A DNA stretch of 64,000 nucleotides, filler included, from Circinaria calcarea (taxonomy: Eukaryota), in assembly GCA_051942165.1 (NCBI GenBank). It is 35 parts of 35 records of this genome, joined end to end, with 100 filler letters (N's around TTAATTAATTAA, not from the genome) between each part and the next. Parts side by side here need not be neighbours in the genome. Positions count along the whole stretch, not along the records: positions 11,068 to 12,808 come from JAVECS010004276.1; positions 12,909 to 14,649 come from JAVECS010004277.1; positions 14,750 to 16,490 come from JAVECS010004278.1; positions 16,591 to 18,331 come from JAVECS010004279.1; positions 18,432 to 20,171 come from JAVECS010004280.1; positions 20,272 to 22,009 come from JAVECS010004281.1; positions 22,110 to 23,846 come from JAVECS010004282.1; 28 more parts are not named here. One strand, given 5' to 3'. Positions 10,968 to 23,007 of the stretch are shown here, one piece after another. The notes beneath the pieces are model-generated. The model was not told the origin of the DNA. It saw nothing but the letters and a program-made list of their open reading frames with translations, and made no database searches. The first letter of the stretch is position 1. Every line of letters begins with the position of its first letter. A program made the translations under genes and the position numbers.

Positions 10968-11922
10968 NNNNNNNNNNNNNNNNNNNNNNNNNNNNNNNNN
11001 NNNNNNNNNNNTTAATTAATTAANNNNNNNNNNNNNNNNNNNNNNNNNNNNNNNNNNNNNNNNNNNNACCTACCCCCGCCCTTTCCAGAAAACCCTTTCT
11101 AGAAAAACCTTTTTCGAACAATATCCTCCTCCTCCTCCGCCTTCCTGTTGAAGATTACCCCTCACCTCCCTCCCCTTCTTTCCTCGCCTATGGTATCGTT
11201 AATCCAGCCGAACTTTTTCTTTCCCAGCAGGTCAGGTCTCCCCCGGCTGCTAATTGATAGCCTGATAGTCTGATATCTTTACCGTACGCATATCTTTATG
11301 GTACGCAGGAAATGAAAATCATAAGTAAGCGTAAAATAGAATGGAGGGTTTTTTTGCTACTGCTACTTTTTCCCAAAGAGGGGGGGGAGATAGATTTCTA
11401 TTTCCGCTTGATTTGTACTTGAAGAACAAGTAGGGGTTTTTCGGGAAGGGAACGGAACGGAACGCGCTTTTATAAGTTTTATAAAGTGTAGCCTGTGTGT
11501 TGGGAGGGTGTGGTTTTTTTTTTTTTTTTTTTAAAAAAAAGGCTCGAGTACATTATATACAGGGCTACTGCTGGAGTGACAACCGCGCCGCAGGGGGAGA
11601 GGGGGCGAGGGAAAAGGGGATAGCAAAGATGGATTGCTACTGTATTAGAATGAATAATAGCTACTGTACGAGCGATCAAGGGGACCATAGAGCCTAGAGT
11701 CGAATTCGAATTCGATTCGACCTGGTGTGCACTTTTTTAAAAAATGCACAGGATAAAAGGAGAAGAATAGCCATCTAAGATGGCAAAAAGGGCCGCGAAA
11801 TCTAGCATGCCTTCATACGTACAGACTCCTAAAAGCGACATTAAAAAACGCGGAACAAGAACATGTACGCAGAAGCCCTGTTCATACAAACATTACCGCA
11901 CCACCCTCCGACCACCCACAGC

Positions 11923-12808
11923 TTACCCCTTGGCATTATACCTCTCGTTAAAATGCCTGACCGCAACCCCAATCTGCCGATACAGCCAATCGCGTGAACT
12001 CTGCTCCTGCACGGGCACAAACGGACCGTTCGTCCCGCCTTTGAGCGTAATCGTCATGCCGGTGCGCTCCTTGGATATGGTCTGGATGTCGTTCAACTTA
12101 ATGTCCCACTCGACCTTCAGCTTCTTGGCCCGCACCAGCATGATACGGTTGTATTTCAGCATGACGATCATGTCCTTGCCCGGCAGCTCGAGGTGGGCAA
12201 TGTAATCCTCGTGGAAGTGTTTGCCGTCGTCGAGCGTCTTGAGCCAGAATTGACCGAGCGCCTCGCGTTGGGAGTAGGGTCGCACGATGCCGTCCATACC
12301 AATGAAACGTGTGAGGCGGACGCGGTCGAGGCCTTCTTGGTCGAAGACGGTGGTGGTGTTGCGGACACCCTCGGCGACGTCTGATTTTCCATTAGTATCG
12401 CCTTTGCGCTCAGAGGAAAGGGAGAGTGAACTCACTGGATGCAAGATCGAAAGCTCCAATGGCAGGCTTGGTGGCTAAACCCAAGAACCCTTTCCCCACA
12501 CCCTTGACGAAGCCTTGTAACCCTTCCTTTTCCGCACCCTCAAGCGGATGCCGCGCTAGTCCACCGATACCGCTTGCCATGCTCGAAGCAAAAGCATTTC
12601 CTCCTGATGTCACCCCATAAAGTGCATGCTTCGGCCGATTTCTCGACTTGGACATCCGTCTCTGGTCCTGGTATTCCTTGTCCAAGGTTGCAGCTGCTAG
12701 ACCCTTTGACATACTTCCAGTAAACTTGGCCATACTATCTGAAAAGCCAAAGACGGATTTCTTGACAAAGCTGGATGCACCTTTTGCAATACCAATACCA
12801 AGCTCCTG
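11923..12808 (-). CDS. VPS13: Vacuolar protein sorting 13, C-terminus, 5'-partial; intron 12381..12435
   Basis: KGLAAATLDKEYQ, GFVKGVGKGFLGLATKPAIGAFDLAS|NVAEGVRNTT, RVRL.RFI..DGIVRPYSQREALGQFWL. Confidence 0.93.
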
Positions 12809-12908
12809 NNNNNNNNNNNNNNNNNNNNNNNNNNNNNNNNNNNNNNNNNNNNTTAATTAATTAANNNNNNNNNNNNNNNNNNNNNNNNNNNNNNNNNNNN
12901 NNNNNNNN

Positions 12909-13907
12909 GCTTGGAAAGCTACTGTATCTGGGGAATTTTGGGAAACTTACCTTGAGGCGAGAATAACGATTTGGCAAGGTGGAGGCCGCGGCATCTTGAC
13001 CGGTTTTTTCCTTCCACATCTTGCGGATTTCTTCCCAACCCTTTCCAGCCTCCTTCATGTTGTACAATTCGCGATCGGCTTCCGTGGCGTCATTCCAAGA
13101 CTTGGGGATACTACGGGGAGCTGCGATAGTGCCAGTAGGAGCGGTATGCTTATGAGAGCTCCCTTCACCAACGTCGACCTCTTCACCATCAGAACTAGTC
13201 ATACCTTTACCGGTAGGCGTACGAGGCTTCTTCGGGGTAATGGGATCGTCATCCTCAGTCACAGTATCAGATGCACGCTTCTTGGATGTTGCTGTCTCCT
13301 TGAGGGGAGCAACAGTCTTGGCCGTCTTAGGAGTAGCTGGCGCTTTCACAGCCTTCTCCTTCTTTGGAGTCTTCGGAACAGGGTTGGACTCCTTGGTTTC
13401 CTGTTGAAGGTATTAGTGCAGTGTCTAAGCAATCGATATTGATGTTACATGTGCGAGGATGCTCGAGTGGACTATCCTGCGTCGGGCGCAATGTTGAAAA
13501 CTGACGGCAGGTGCACTTAAGCTTCATAATGCTATCGCAGTCCATCGACAGCGAGTATTGCAGATCTCAAATGGCATCTTGCCTTGTCAAGGTAATGATG
13601 AGATGAGATTCTCAAGCATATAGGGGATAGAACGCGACAGGGACATGGGGATATGGCGTGGAGATGCAGTATAGGAGAAAAAGGGAAATGTTAGAATTAA
13701 AGGCAGCTCACGTACCGTAGCTTTATCGTTGTTCGAATTGGATTCGTTGGCTTCAGACATTGCACTCTTAGAGTTGAAGTTGTCAACGTGGTTCTTGATT
13801 CCTGCAGGCATCATTTTAGTCGTCAGATTGATAGGTACCCAAGGGGAAGTTGAATTCGCCACAAGAGCAGCCTCAGTAGAGAGCACCATGGTATCGAAGT
13901 CTGCCAT
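12909..13907 (-). CDS. Fungal Myb-like DNA-binding domain protein, 3'-partial; probable introns 13401..13715 and from 12950
   Basis: IPKSW..ATEADRELYNMKEAGKGWEEIRKMW...TGQ..A.STLPNRYSRLK, a Myb-like repeat, after a K/P/T-rich region; exon 1 assignment is less certain. Confidence 0.65.
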
Positions 13908-15075
13908 TATGATGCTTGCGTGTGATGTTTGGGTAATGCTTACTGGTTGAATGAGTTGATGTAAGAGTTCGACAACGGATGGGTTGACCGTCAGAAGATG
14001 TGAGGAGGTGAACAGAAGTTGGAGGATGAGAGAAGTGAGATTCCCATCTTTTGGCTTCCATGTTCCACAACGCGCCAGGTAAACAGAGCATAGAGCGGCG
14101 GCAGAATCACGGAGTTTCATAGAGGAAAAAGTCCGACTGTTCTAGGCTACGCGAGCCCCAGTTTAAAGAAGGACACCCTCAAACTCCATAGAAACCTTGC
14201 GGCCTTGAATAACATCTTGACAGCTTGAGTGTTCCATAAGTGGTTTTCCCAGAACCCAATTCATATGTATAACCAGAGTCATCGCCTACCCTTGCTCTCA
14301 CTGACCTTGCTGTAGGTAAAAGGCCGCTGCTGGCATTCAGGGTTGCTTAGGAGAAGCTGTACAGCCTTACTTCAACCAATCACCATGCGGCCCTCGATGT
14401 ATTGTGTATAGCCACTCATCTTTGAACAGAGGAATATGGTTTTTTGCAAGAAGAGGATTATCCCCGCAGATGCAGGAACTAGACAGAGTACAGATTTAAT
14501 GTACTATTCCAAGTACAGGCAAGGATAGAGACACACTCATCCTTAACCGACATGAAGAGGCATAAGGAAATCATAACACTTAATTGAAGACTGGAATCCC
14601 TATAGCTATCATCGTCCTTCTGTCAAAGAGTTAGGAACTGGTAGTTCTCNNNNNNNNNNNNNNNNNNNNNNNNNNNNNNNNNNNNNNNNNNNNTTAATTA
14701 ATTAANNNNNNNNNNNNNNNNNNNNNNNNNNNNNNNNNNNNNNNNNNNNCTCCTCCCCTCTCCACTCCTCCTCCTCCCCGCTCTTGCATGGCACGTTTAG
14801 ACCCCCAACCACCGACTCACCTACTCACTCACTTACTCACTCACTCACCATCCTTTCAGACTCTGTCGATACAAGAGAATACAAAAGAATACGACAGATC
14901 ACCCCAACAGAGGTTCACCAAATGCCAACAGAGAAGTAAGGGGGAAGAAAAATTCCTAACCCCTTACCACTTACCTACCCGACTCTCCCTTTTCTCTTTC
15001 CCCCCAACAGGAAGGGAACGGGGATGCAAAAAAAGAGGCCGAGAGCAAAAGAGCCACTGGCACCAGACCAGCACC

Positions 15076-15115
<40 letters not shown>

Positions 15116-16035
15116 CCCCGTTATTGTATTTTGTTATTTTGTATATATATCTCTAATCTACCCACGGAGATAGAGATACTCTAGACGTGACATATTTTTC
15201 TAGTCGAATAGGTAGCGAAACTCGGGAACAAGACCGAGGTGCCGAAGCGGGGGGAGGGGGGGGCATAATCAAATACCACCCCTAGGTATCCCTCAGGTCC
15301 TATCCTAGGATGCAGGTTGACAAAAGCGCGTTTAAATTCCAAAGTCCTCAGCTATCTACCTACCTACCTATGCTAAGATCTAATCTGATAAAAATAAAAA
15401 TAAAATGAATTTTTTAAAAAAAAAACTTACCCGGGGGGGGGGGGAATGGATAAATAAATGGTAAAACGTATCGGATCTTCCCCACCGAAGAAGAAGAAGG
15501 AGAAGAAAAAGAAACGTACGCCAATCCCATGATTTACAAACGAGCTGGCCCTAAGGGGGGGTAATCTAAGTTAGGGGGGGGGGAATTTGGACAAACCTAG
15601 GTAAATAACGCGAGAATAAAGAGAATAATAGTAACGAGAAGGTAGGATTGTCGGGAGAATTGGATGATATATGTTCAGTGGGCGGTTAGTTGGGTAAGAT
15701 GGGTAATGGTTTTTCCAAAATATTCTTAATGAATACATACTCCCGTACAGAGTAAGAGTAAGAGTAAGTACGGGGGAAGAAAAAAAAATCAAAAGATTCC
15801 TCACTCGGTTCCAACTTCCGAAAGCTACACTTTACAAAGAAAATTTCAGACTCGCTGATGGAGAGAGAGAGAGACATGTTGAATGGAAACAAGTAAAGAC
15901 CCAAGGTTCTACGAAGAAAAAACCCCGTGATAACCACTCGCTAAACGTCATTACAAGCACCCTCCTAATGCCGATGCAACGCTAAGCCTAAAGCAGCAGC
16001 AACGACAACATCAACACATTACTCATTGCTCATGT

Positions 16036-16490
16036 CTAGGGGGTCCGATCATCCCTATCATCCATAGCCGTCATCCCCATCAATCCCCCGGCCAACCCTT
16101 TCATCCTCCTACCCAACAAATCTTCCTCGCTCGCCAGACTGACTAAACTCCTCTGCCGCCTCGCCGAGGGTCTCTGCTCTAGATTCCCCCTCCTTCTCAT
16201 CTTAAGTCTCTCCCTAGAAGATTTTCTACTGAGTGAGTGGTTATTTTTTACGGCTTTGATGGAGGTCATGGTCAATGGTCTATCTTCGTCACCAGAAGAC
16301 TCGGTCGGCATGCGTCTGTGGTGGCGGGGTCTTGATTGGTCAAGGGTGAATGGCGAAGAGGGATCGGCAAAGGAGTCTTCGCGAGAAGTCTCGTGATCGA
16401 AAATTTCTTCCATCCAGCGGGCACAACGAAAGATGTGTTTCCAGCCTTCGGGGAAGATTGAGACGAATTGGAGGAAGCCGTGGGAAATAC
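16036..16490 (-). CDS. Hormone-sensitive-lipase family alpha/beta hydrolase, C-terminus, 5'-partial
   Basis: Frame stays open upstream of the ORF call: ISHGFLQFVSIFPEGWKHI (HGF catalytic-His motif); tail SLASEEDLLGRRM.GLAGGLM. Confidence 0.65.
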
Positions 16491-16590
16491 NNNNNNNNNN
16501 NNNNNNNNNNNNNNNNNNNNNNNNNNNNNNNNNNTTAATTAATTAANNNNNNNNNNNNNNNNNNNNNNNNNNNNNNNNNNNNNNNNNNNN

Positions 16591-17670
16591 TGCTTGCAAC
16601 AGTTCATCGAATATCACCATGAAGGCGAGGAACTCACAAAGATCCCCCTAGGCTTTACATTCTCATATCCGGCAACCCAGGATTACATAGATCACGGAGT
16701 CCTTCAGCGCTGGACAAAGGGGTTTGATATTGAAGGTGTCGAAGGTCACGATGTGGTGCCACCGTTTGAAGAAGCTCTTGCCAAGCGAGGCCTTCCCGTT
16801 AAGCTCACAGCGTTGATCAACGACACTGTCGGTACCCTGGTTGCCTCTGCCTACACCGACGACGCCATGAGAATTGGCTCCATCTTCGGGACTGGTTGTA
16901 ATTCAGCCTACTACGAGAATTGCGGCTCCATTCCCAAACTCGCCCATTACAATCTTCCTCCCGACATGCCTATGGCCATCAATTGTGAGTACGGCGCTTT
17001 TGACAATGAACATCTCGTTCTCCCACGCACGCCGTACGACGTGATCGTCGACCGAGATTCACCCCGCCCCGGCCAACAATCCTACGAGAAGATGGTTGCC
17101 GGTCTCTACCTCGGAGAACTCTTCCGACTCGCTCTCGTCGATCTGCACGAAAACAAGAGCGTGAGGGTTTTCGAGGGCCAAGATATCAGCAAACTAAAGA
17201 GGGCATACACCCTCGACTCCTCTTTCCTCTCCATGATCGAAGAAGACCCCTACGAGAACTTGTCCGAGACTCACGATCTCTTCGTGCGTGAATTGGGCAT
17301 CACCGCCAACAAGCCCGAGTTGGAATTGAGTCGTCGGCTTGCCGAGCTGATAGGCACCCGTGCCGCCCGTCTCTCGGCCTGCGGCGTTGCGGCCATTTGT
17401 ATCAAAATGAAGTACGAGTCCTGCCACGTCGGTGCCGATGGCAGCGTCTTCAACAAGTACCCGCATTTCAAGGCGCGAGGGGCACAAGCGCTCCGGGAGA
17501 TTTTGGATTGGCCCAAGGGGAAAAAGGATCTAGTGGATATCCGGGCTGCCGAGGATGGATCGGGGGTGGGTGCTGCCTTGATAGCTGCCTTGACGATCAA
17601 GAGGGTCAAGGAGGGGAATGTGGTGGGGATTAGGAACCATGAGGGTATGGCAGACTGTGAGTCCCCATAA
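16591..17670 (+). CDS. HXK: Hexokinase, 5'-partial
   Basis: PLGFTFSYP, LQRWTKGF, ALINDTVGTL, IFGTGCN, INCEYGAFD, YEKMVAGLYLGE, GADGSV, AEDGSGVGAALIAA. Confidence 0.97.
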   Translation, partial: CLQQFIEYHHEGEELTKIPLGFTFSYPATQDYIDHGVLQRWTKGFDIEGVEGHDVVPPFEEALAKRGLPVKLTALINDTVGTLVASAYTDDAMRIGSIFGTGCNSAYYENCGSIPKLAHYNLPPDMPMAINCEYGAFDNEHLVLPRTPYDVIVDRDSPRPGQQSYEKMVAGLYLGELFRLALVDLHENKSVRVFEGQDISKLKRAYTLDSSFLSMIEEDPYENLSETHDLFVRELGITANKPELELSRRLAELIGTRAARLSACGVAAICIKMKYESCHVGADGSVFNKYPHFKARGAQALREILDWPKGKKDLVDIRAAEDGSGVGAALIAALTIKRVKEGNVVGIRNHEGMADCESP

Positions 17671-17867
17671 GCAAGCGATGGGGATTTTGAAATGCAGGTG
17701 GACTATTTTCATGTATGACTATGCGGAGATTGACTACATACTCTGAGCTCGAACTTTCTATCAACCGTGCCTCAAGTTGCAATGACATGTAGACCTGTCG
17801 ATGTAAACCAACAGCAAGTGAGCAAGGTGACTCCGAACATATCTAGGTAGCCATAGGGAATCAATCT

Positions 17868-18331
17868 TCAGCTCCTAATCTCCCACAGCCGAATCTTGCC
17901 CTGCTCGTTGGCCACGGCCAGCATGGCCGAATTCGGCGCCATGGCCACGGCCGTGATGCGTCCCAGCGGCGTCCCGGACGTAGGCCAGTTTTTGTAAACG
18001 GTACAGGAGGGCAGGTGGACTATTTGATCCACGGAATGGGTTCAAAAATCGATTAGCAATCGCGTCCCGTAAAGTAAGTAACCCCTTTGAAATCCCTGTT
18101 GCATGCGGTACAGATAGATGGTCTATGACCGCAAGCAAAGCAAAGCAAAGCAGTTAAAAAGTAAAAAGGGCCGGCCGGGGGGGGAAAGAGAAACTCACCC
18201 AAGCGCAAGGCGTCCCTCTTCCAGCGGCTCGCCAGAACCAACAGCTGCCCGTCGGGCGAAAAGAGCAAATGACTGGTCGGCGTCGTCAACTGCTTGAAAC
18301 TCCTTGTCGGCACCGGTCGGTCCGGCACGCC
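17868..18331 (-). CDS. UTP18: U3 snoRNA-associated WD40 protein 18, C-terminus; intron 18020..18198
   Basis: LTTPTS.L.FSPDGQLL..ASRWKRDALRL|VHLPSCTVYKNWPTSGTPLGRIT...LAVANEQGKIRLWEIRS-stop. Confidence 0.88.
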
Positions 18332-19860
18332 NNNNNNNNNNNNNNNNNNNNNNNNNNNNNNNNNNNNNNNNNNNNTTAATTAATTAANNNNNNNNNNNNN
18401 NNNNNNNNNNNNNNNNNNNNNNNNNNNNNNNTTATGGTTTAGATGGTCCCGTGGTTTGGGGGGGGGAGGATATTTGTACAAATCTCTTTTGGCGTGTGAA
18501 GGTGAAAGAGACTTTTGGGGGGAGGAGTGGAAGCCAGGCGATACGGTTCTTCTCGTCTTCTGGGACTTGCGGAAATTGCAACAGCTCATTTCCATGCAAA
18601 GGGAAAGAGAAATTCAAGAAAATTTCCCAAATCCGTCAAATGTCTACCTGTTAAATAGAGAGCCAAGCATACCGTGTGCTATACAGAAGTTCTGTATTGC
18701 CCGTATTAGTATTAGCGTGGGCTGCAGAGTTTTTCTTTTGGTTTCGTACTTTGCGAACTAAAATAACTCACACACGACGTTATATAATATGTCGACTATT
18801 GCGTACACTTCCAATACCGTCTCAATGTACTGCTTAAGTCATTCCCTGCTGAACCTTTAACACTACCGAGAAAGAATCAATTTACCCACCCCCTTTATCC
18901 AATCCCAATCCCATCTTTATCCCCAAACTACGGAAACTAGAACCCCCGTTGTACTTGATTGACTAACTCCACTCCACTCCTCTCCACTCCATTTTCCATT
19001 TTCCATCTCCCTATCTCCATCCTCCTCTCGAATTTCATACTAACGTTTAGCCCAGCCTAGCCTAGCCTAGACTAGACTAGACTAGACTAGACTACCTACA
19101 TACCTCTCCCCGTAACCGTAACACCTAACCGTAAAAGTAAAAGTAACGGTTAGGTCCGTACTGAAAGACTTGTCGTAAGGGTCTGAAGGGTGAGAGGGAT
19201 AAAAGGGGGGGGGGAAATCTTGGATGTAGGGAAAGAGAGAGAGAGGCGTGTAAAGCGGAACATCCCAAAACCCTCTTTTCCATTTCCTCTCCCTTTCTCT
19301 CTCTTTCTTTCCCCCACGGGAAGTGGGGTGCGGGGGGGCCTGGGAAACCGAAAACGTTTTTCTCTCTCTCTCTCTCCCACCGCTGAAGAACTCCCCGAAG
19401 TTTCCAACCTCTTCCAAGTCTTTTTCAACAGAGGGTTTTCTGGGGTGTTTTCTTTCGAGGATGTGGTAAGTGGTAAATCTGCCCCTGGCCCTGCCCATTC
19501 CCTTTCCCGCTCTGCTCTGCCCTGACTTGACGTGACGTGACTTGATTTGACTTGATTTGTTTTGAACTATAGTTTTAACTAAATGTCATTTCTCTTTCCC
19601 CTCGGGGGGGGGTAAGTTGTCTCGTTTCTCGTTTCCCGTTTCTCGTTTCTCGTTTCTTTTGCATCTGGGAAATGGGGAAATAAGGAAATAGGGAAATAGG
19701 GAAAGAGGGAAAGAGGGAAAGAGGAAATAGCAACAAAACCCCCCCGGAGAGGGAGGATTCGAAGGATTTTGTATAAAATAATGCTAAGAACGCATGAGTG
19801 TCCCTCCGACCCCTCCCTTCTTATGGGGGAGCCGCTATTTGTGCGTGACTCATATAACCC

Positions 19861-20114
19861 TATTATAGCGTCAGTGCCATATTAAGGGAAGGGTTAGCTC
19901 CGGAACGGAATAACCTCAGACCGTGCTCAGTATACTCATGGAGGTGAATACAGCGAGCAACATAGTATATAAGTAGGCTATTCCTCGTTCATTAGAATAG
20001 CATGCTTATAGACACACACGGAATAACAATAGACTAAAATTACGTTTCGGTAATCGTGTACCACAGAGTGACTCTGTCCCTTATACAAGTCTAGCCTATC
20101 CTAGCACCCTTACA
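19861..20114 (+). mobile_element. Degenerate (RIP-like) LTR related to the LTRs at 33808..34680
   Basis: Shares GTGCTCAGTATACTCA, AGGCTATTCC..TTAGAATAGCATGCTTATAGACA and terminal CCCTTACA; 5' end TATTATAGCGTCAGTGCC differs from TGTTATGGCGCCAGCGCC only by G>A/C>T. Confidence 0.75.
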
Positions 20115-20271
20115 GAAAGCGTTTTTCATTCATTGGATCCCGGTTTTTTTTTTAATTCGTATCTTTTTACCNNNNNNNNNNNNNNNNNNNNNNNNNNNNN
20201 NNNNNNNNNNNNNNNTTAATTAATTAANNNNNNNNNNNNNNNNNNNNNNNNNNNNNNNNNNNNNNNNNNNN

Positions 20272-20551
20272 AATTTCTTCACACTCTGAGCAAGATTCAA
20301 GAGCAGAGTCATCAAGGGCTTTGCCTGGCCCCGGAGGTGCGCGCGAAAGACCGCAATGCTGGGAGCATGGCTGCAATGGACGGGAATTTTCCACCTTTAG
20401 CAACTTGCTTCGTCATCAACGTGAAAAATCGGGGACTGCCGCCAAGTCGTATTGCCCGAATTGCAATGCCGAATTCACGCGGACAACGGCACGGAATGGG
20501 CACATGGAGCACGGAAAATGCAAGCCGCGAAGAACCTCGGACGATCGATGA
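20272..20551 (+). CDS. Atypical C2H2-type zinc finger protein, C-terminus
   Basis: [28 protein letters not shown]...[17 protein letters not shown], a conserved ascomycete zinc finger pair. Confidence 0.8.
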
Positions 20552-21245
20552 GTACTATTCGTTGACAGCATAGCGCGGTGTTAGGGTTCCAAAATCTGGG
20601 TTCTAAAATCTGGGTTTTTCAGAGGGGATAGGGCATCATGAAGGAGTCACGTATAAGTATTTCCATCGGGCAGTGGTTATTTGCATAAATAGGAATTCTT
20701 TACCTGTCAATCTTGGGTTCGGAGAATGTGGGGAATTTGGAGATTCTGGCATTCCAGACATGGAATATCAAATCCCAGTTTAGGCATTAGGCACGTGTAG
20801 CAGCATAGAAATACACGTGGCTTATGTTTAGGTTACCAAACGGTTCTTAATCGCACGTTTGCACCCTGCAGCCCTAAACTAATTATGGCCGACCTTAGCT
20901 CCCGTCCCGTAGGGCATTCAGAACGAACCGTCAAGGAAGCTCGGCAGGCCAACGTAAAAGGATTGACTACTGGTAAGGTAATCCCCCTTGTATCTGAGAA
21001 TGTGAGGAGTGAGGACCCCTCCAAACAAGATTTTTCAGCGGTACGCGTAGCTATAGGGCTTTCTTTCGGTGATGACCTACTCCACTTCCTTAAATCTAAG
21101 GTTCTTGCGGTTTCGTTCGTTGGCCGTCCAGTGCCACACAAAGCAAGTTTTCATTGTAGACCAGCGTCACAACTGCTTTGCTGTGGGTCAACTGTTAACA
21201 GAAATCTGGATTGAAGGATAAAATTCCATTTGATTGAGACAGACG

Positions 21246-22009
21246 ATGGCCTTTGTGTCGAATGAAAGCCCAAGCTCTACTCCGGTGAGGGACGATGATA
21301 GCTCCGAGTGGGAATATGAATATGACGGCACGGAGACCGAGGTATCGTAGCCTTGACAGAGGGATTCTCACATCGAGCTTACACAGCACAAGAGCTTCTA
21401 CGTGACTCTCGATCTCCCCGCACCCCCGAGTCAGCCCCGGCAGAAACCGAATTCCCACCGACCTGCTTCCACCCCAGCCGATTCTACGGTTCTGGCAGCG
21501 CTCGACTTCGAAGAGCTGGGCCATCTGGGAGCCGATCCGTCCGGGGAGCAAGAAGTTCAAGACCGGATCCAGATACTCGACCTGCATACCAAGAACCCCG
21601 TCATCTCGTACCGGAATCAGATCTTTAGCTGCCAGTGGACCTCTACCATCGGCACCGATCTACTCCTGACTTCTCCCGAATCCAACATCTCTCTCCCGAA
21701 GTTACTGGAAGGAGACGGATTCGATATACTCGCGGCTACGAATATCAAGATCGTTGGGCAGCCAGTTGATCTAGTCCCTCGCTACGAAGCCGTGGTCAGC
21801 GAACCTGCAGAGGCACCCGCCAAAGCAATCCCCACTCAACCCGAAAACCAGAACACGAATGCTAGACCAGCAGAAGAAGCCCCCATTCGCATACCCGTCG
21901 GCCCCGAATCAGGACGCGCCCGCCAAAACCAAGCCCGATTCCTCGAGCGCCTCATGGCCGCCAAATCCGCCAAAGGCGACACCGACACCATCCCCCTCCA
22001 CCCACGCAA
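21246..22009 (+). CDS. TFIIIC triple-barrel (TFIIIC_sub6-like) domain protein, 3'-partial; intron 21342..21392
   Basis: EWEYEYD.TETE|SFYVTLDL and IQILDLHTKNPVISYRNQIFSCQW.STIGTDL motifs. Confidence 0.7.
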
Positions 22010-22109
22010 NNNNNNNNNNNNNNNNNNNNNNNNNNNNNNNNNNNNNNNNNNNNTTAATTAATTAANNNNNNNNNNNNNNNNNNNNNNNNNNNNNNNNNNN
22101 NNNNNNNNN

Positions 22110-23007
22110 GGTTTGGATTATGAAACACCTGCAGGGTCTCTGATACGGTTTCGGGGAATACACTATCCGATGGGATGAGGTCTTCTTCGAGGTCGACCGA
22201 GCCACTGTCGCAAAGTGCAAGAGGCCAATCATCGAGCGGACTGAAAAGGGGCCGCCATGTGCTTCGGAGCAGTAAACAAGTGGCCAGAGGGACTAGAAGA
22301 GAAGCGTATGAGAGTTACTTAATAATCTGAATTCTACCCGAGAGACGGTTCCTTTCAGCAGGCGTGTTGCAGGTATACACAGCGCGCTCGAGTGCACTCG
22401 CGGGCGAGGAGTCTAACAATCAGCAACTAATTAACGACCTTTCGTGAGGTTCGAACAAGCAAAAAGTTGGGAAAGGAGAATCCAGGCTCGCGCTAACACG
22501 AACCAACATGAACCCCTCTGACGGGCTGCTCCAGGGCAGAGCGCTGTCCGAGTGAATTGGGGAATTCCGGGTTTCTTTTCCTCAACTATTTAATTAGCTC
22601 GGAGGTCTTGGTCAGCAAATTGCACGTCTTGCCAGAAGGGACATTATAGTTTAGCTGACTTCCTGATCAAACACAACCACCTTTTCAGCGCCCAGCTTTT
22701 GCTCCAGGAACCTTTCAATCTCATGTTCGTACTCGGTCATCAGCGCAGCGTCCGCTTGAAGGGTTTCAAAGCTATATTCAGCATTCAAGGGATGAGCTAC
22801 AACTTCGAAGCCATTTCGGTCCAAGGCAAAGTTGTGCTCTTGTCCGCGAAGACTGGTCACGGAAACGTCAAAAGGAACGTGGTCTTGATTCGTAACCGGT
22901 GCTCCGTCCAAAAGCGACGGCGGGATATAACAGAAATACGGCTTGGTAACCTCGTATAGGGCATCACGCTTAAGATAGAAGACAGTGCCCGTGGTTTGCT
23001 CCATCAT
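22110..23007 (-). CDS. AsaB/CmcJ-like hydroxylase-desaturase family protein, three introns, 3'-partial
   Basis: KPY, RG.E..F.LDRNGF, VVVFD..LRKR, VHVD, RIQIIN.WRPL...DWPLALCD motifs; exons join in frame. Confidence 0.78.

Noticed and set aside
10742..11023. Cys/Met/Ala-rich repeat ORFs in three frames
   Set aside because: Translation of a stop-free 17-bp minisatellite
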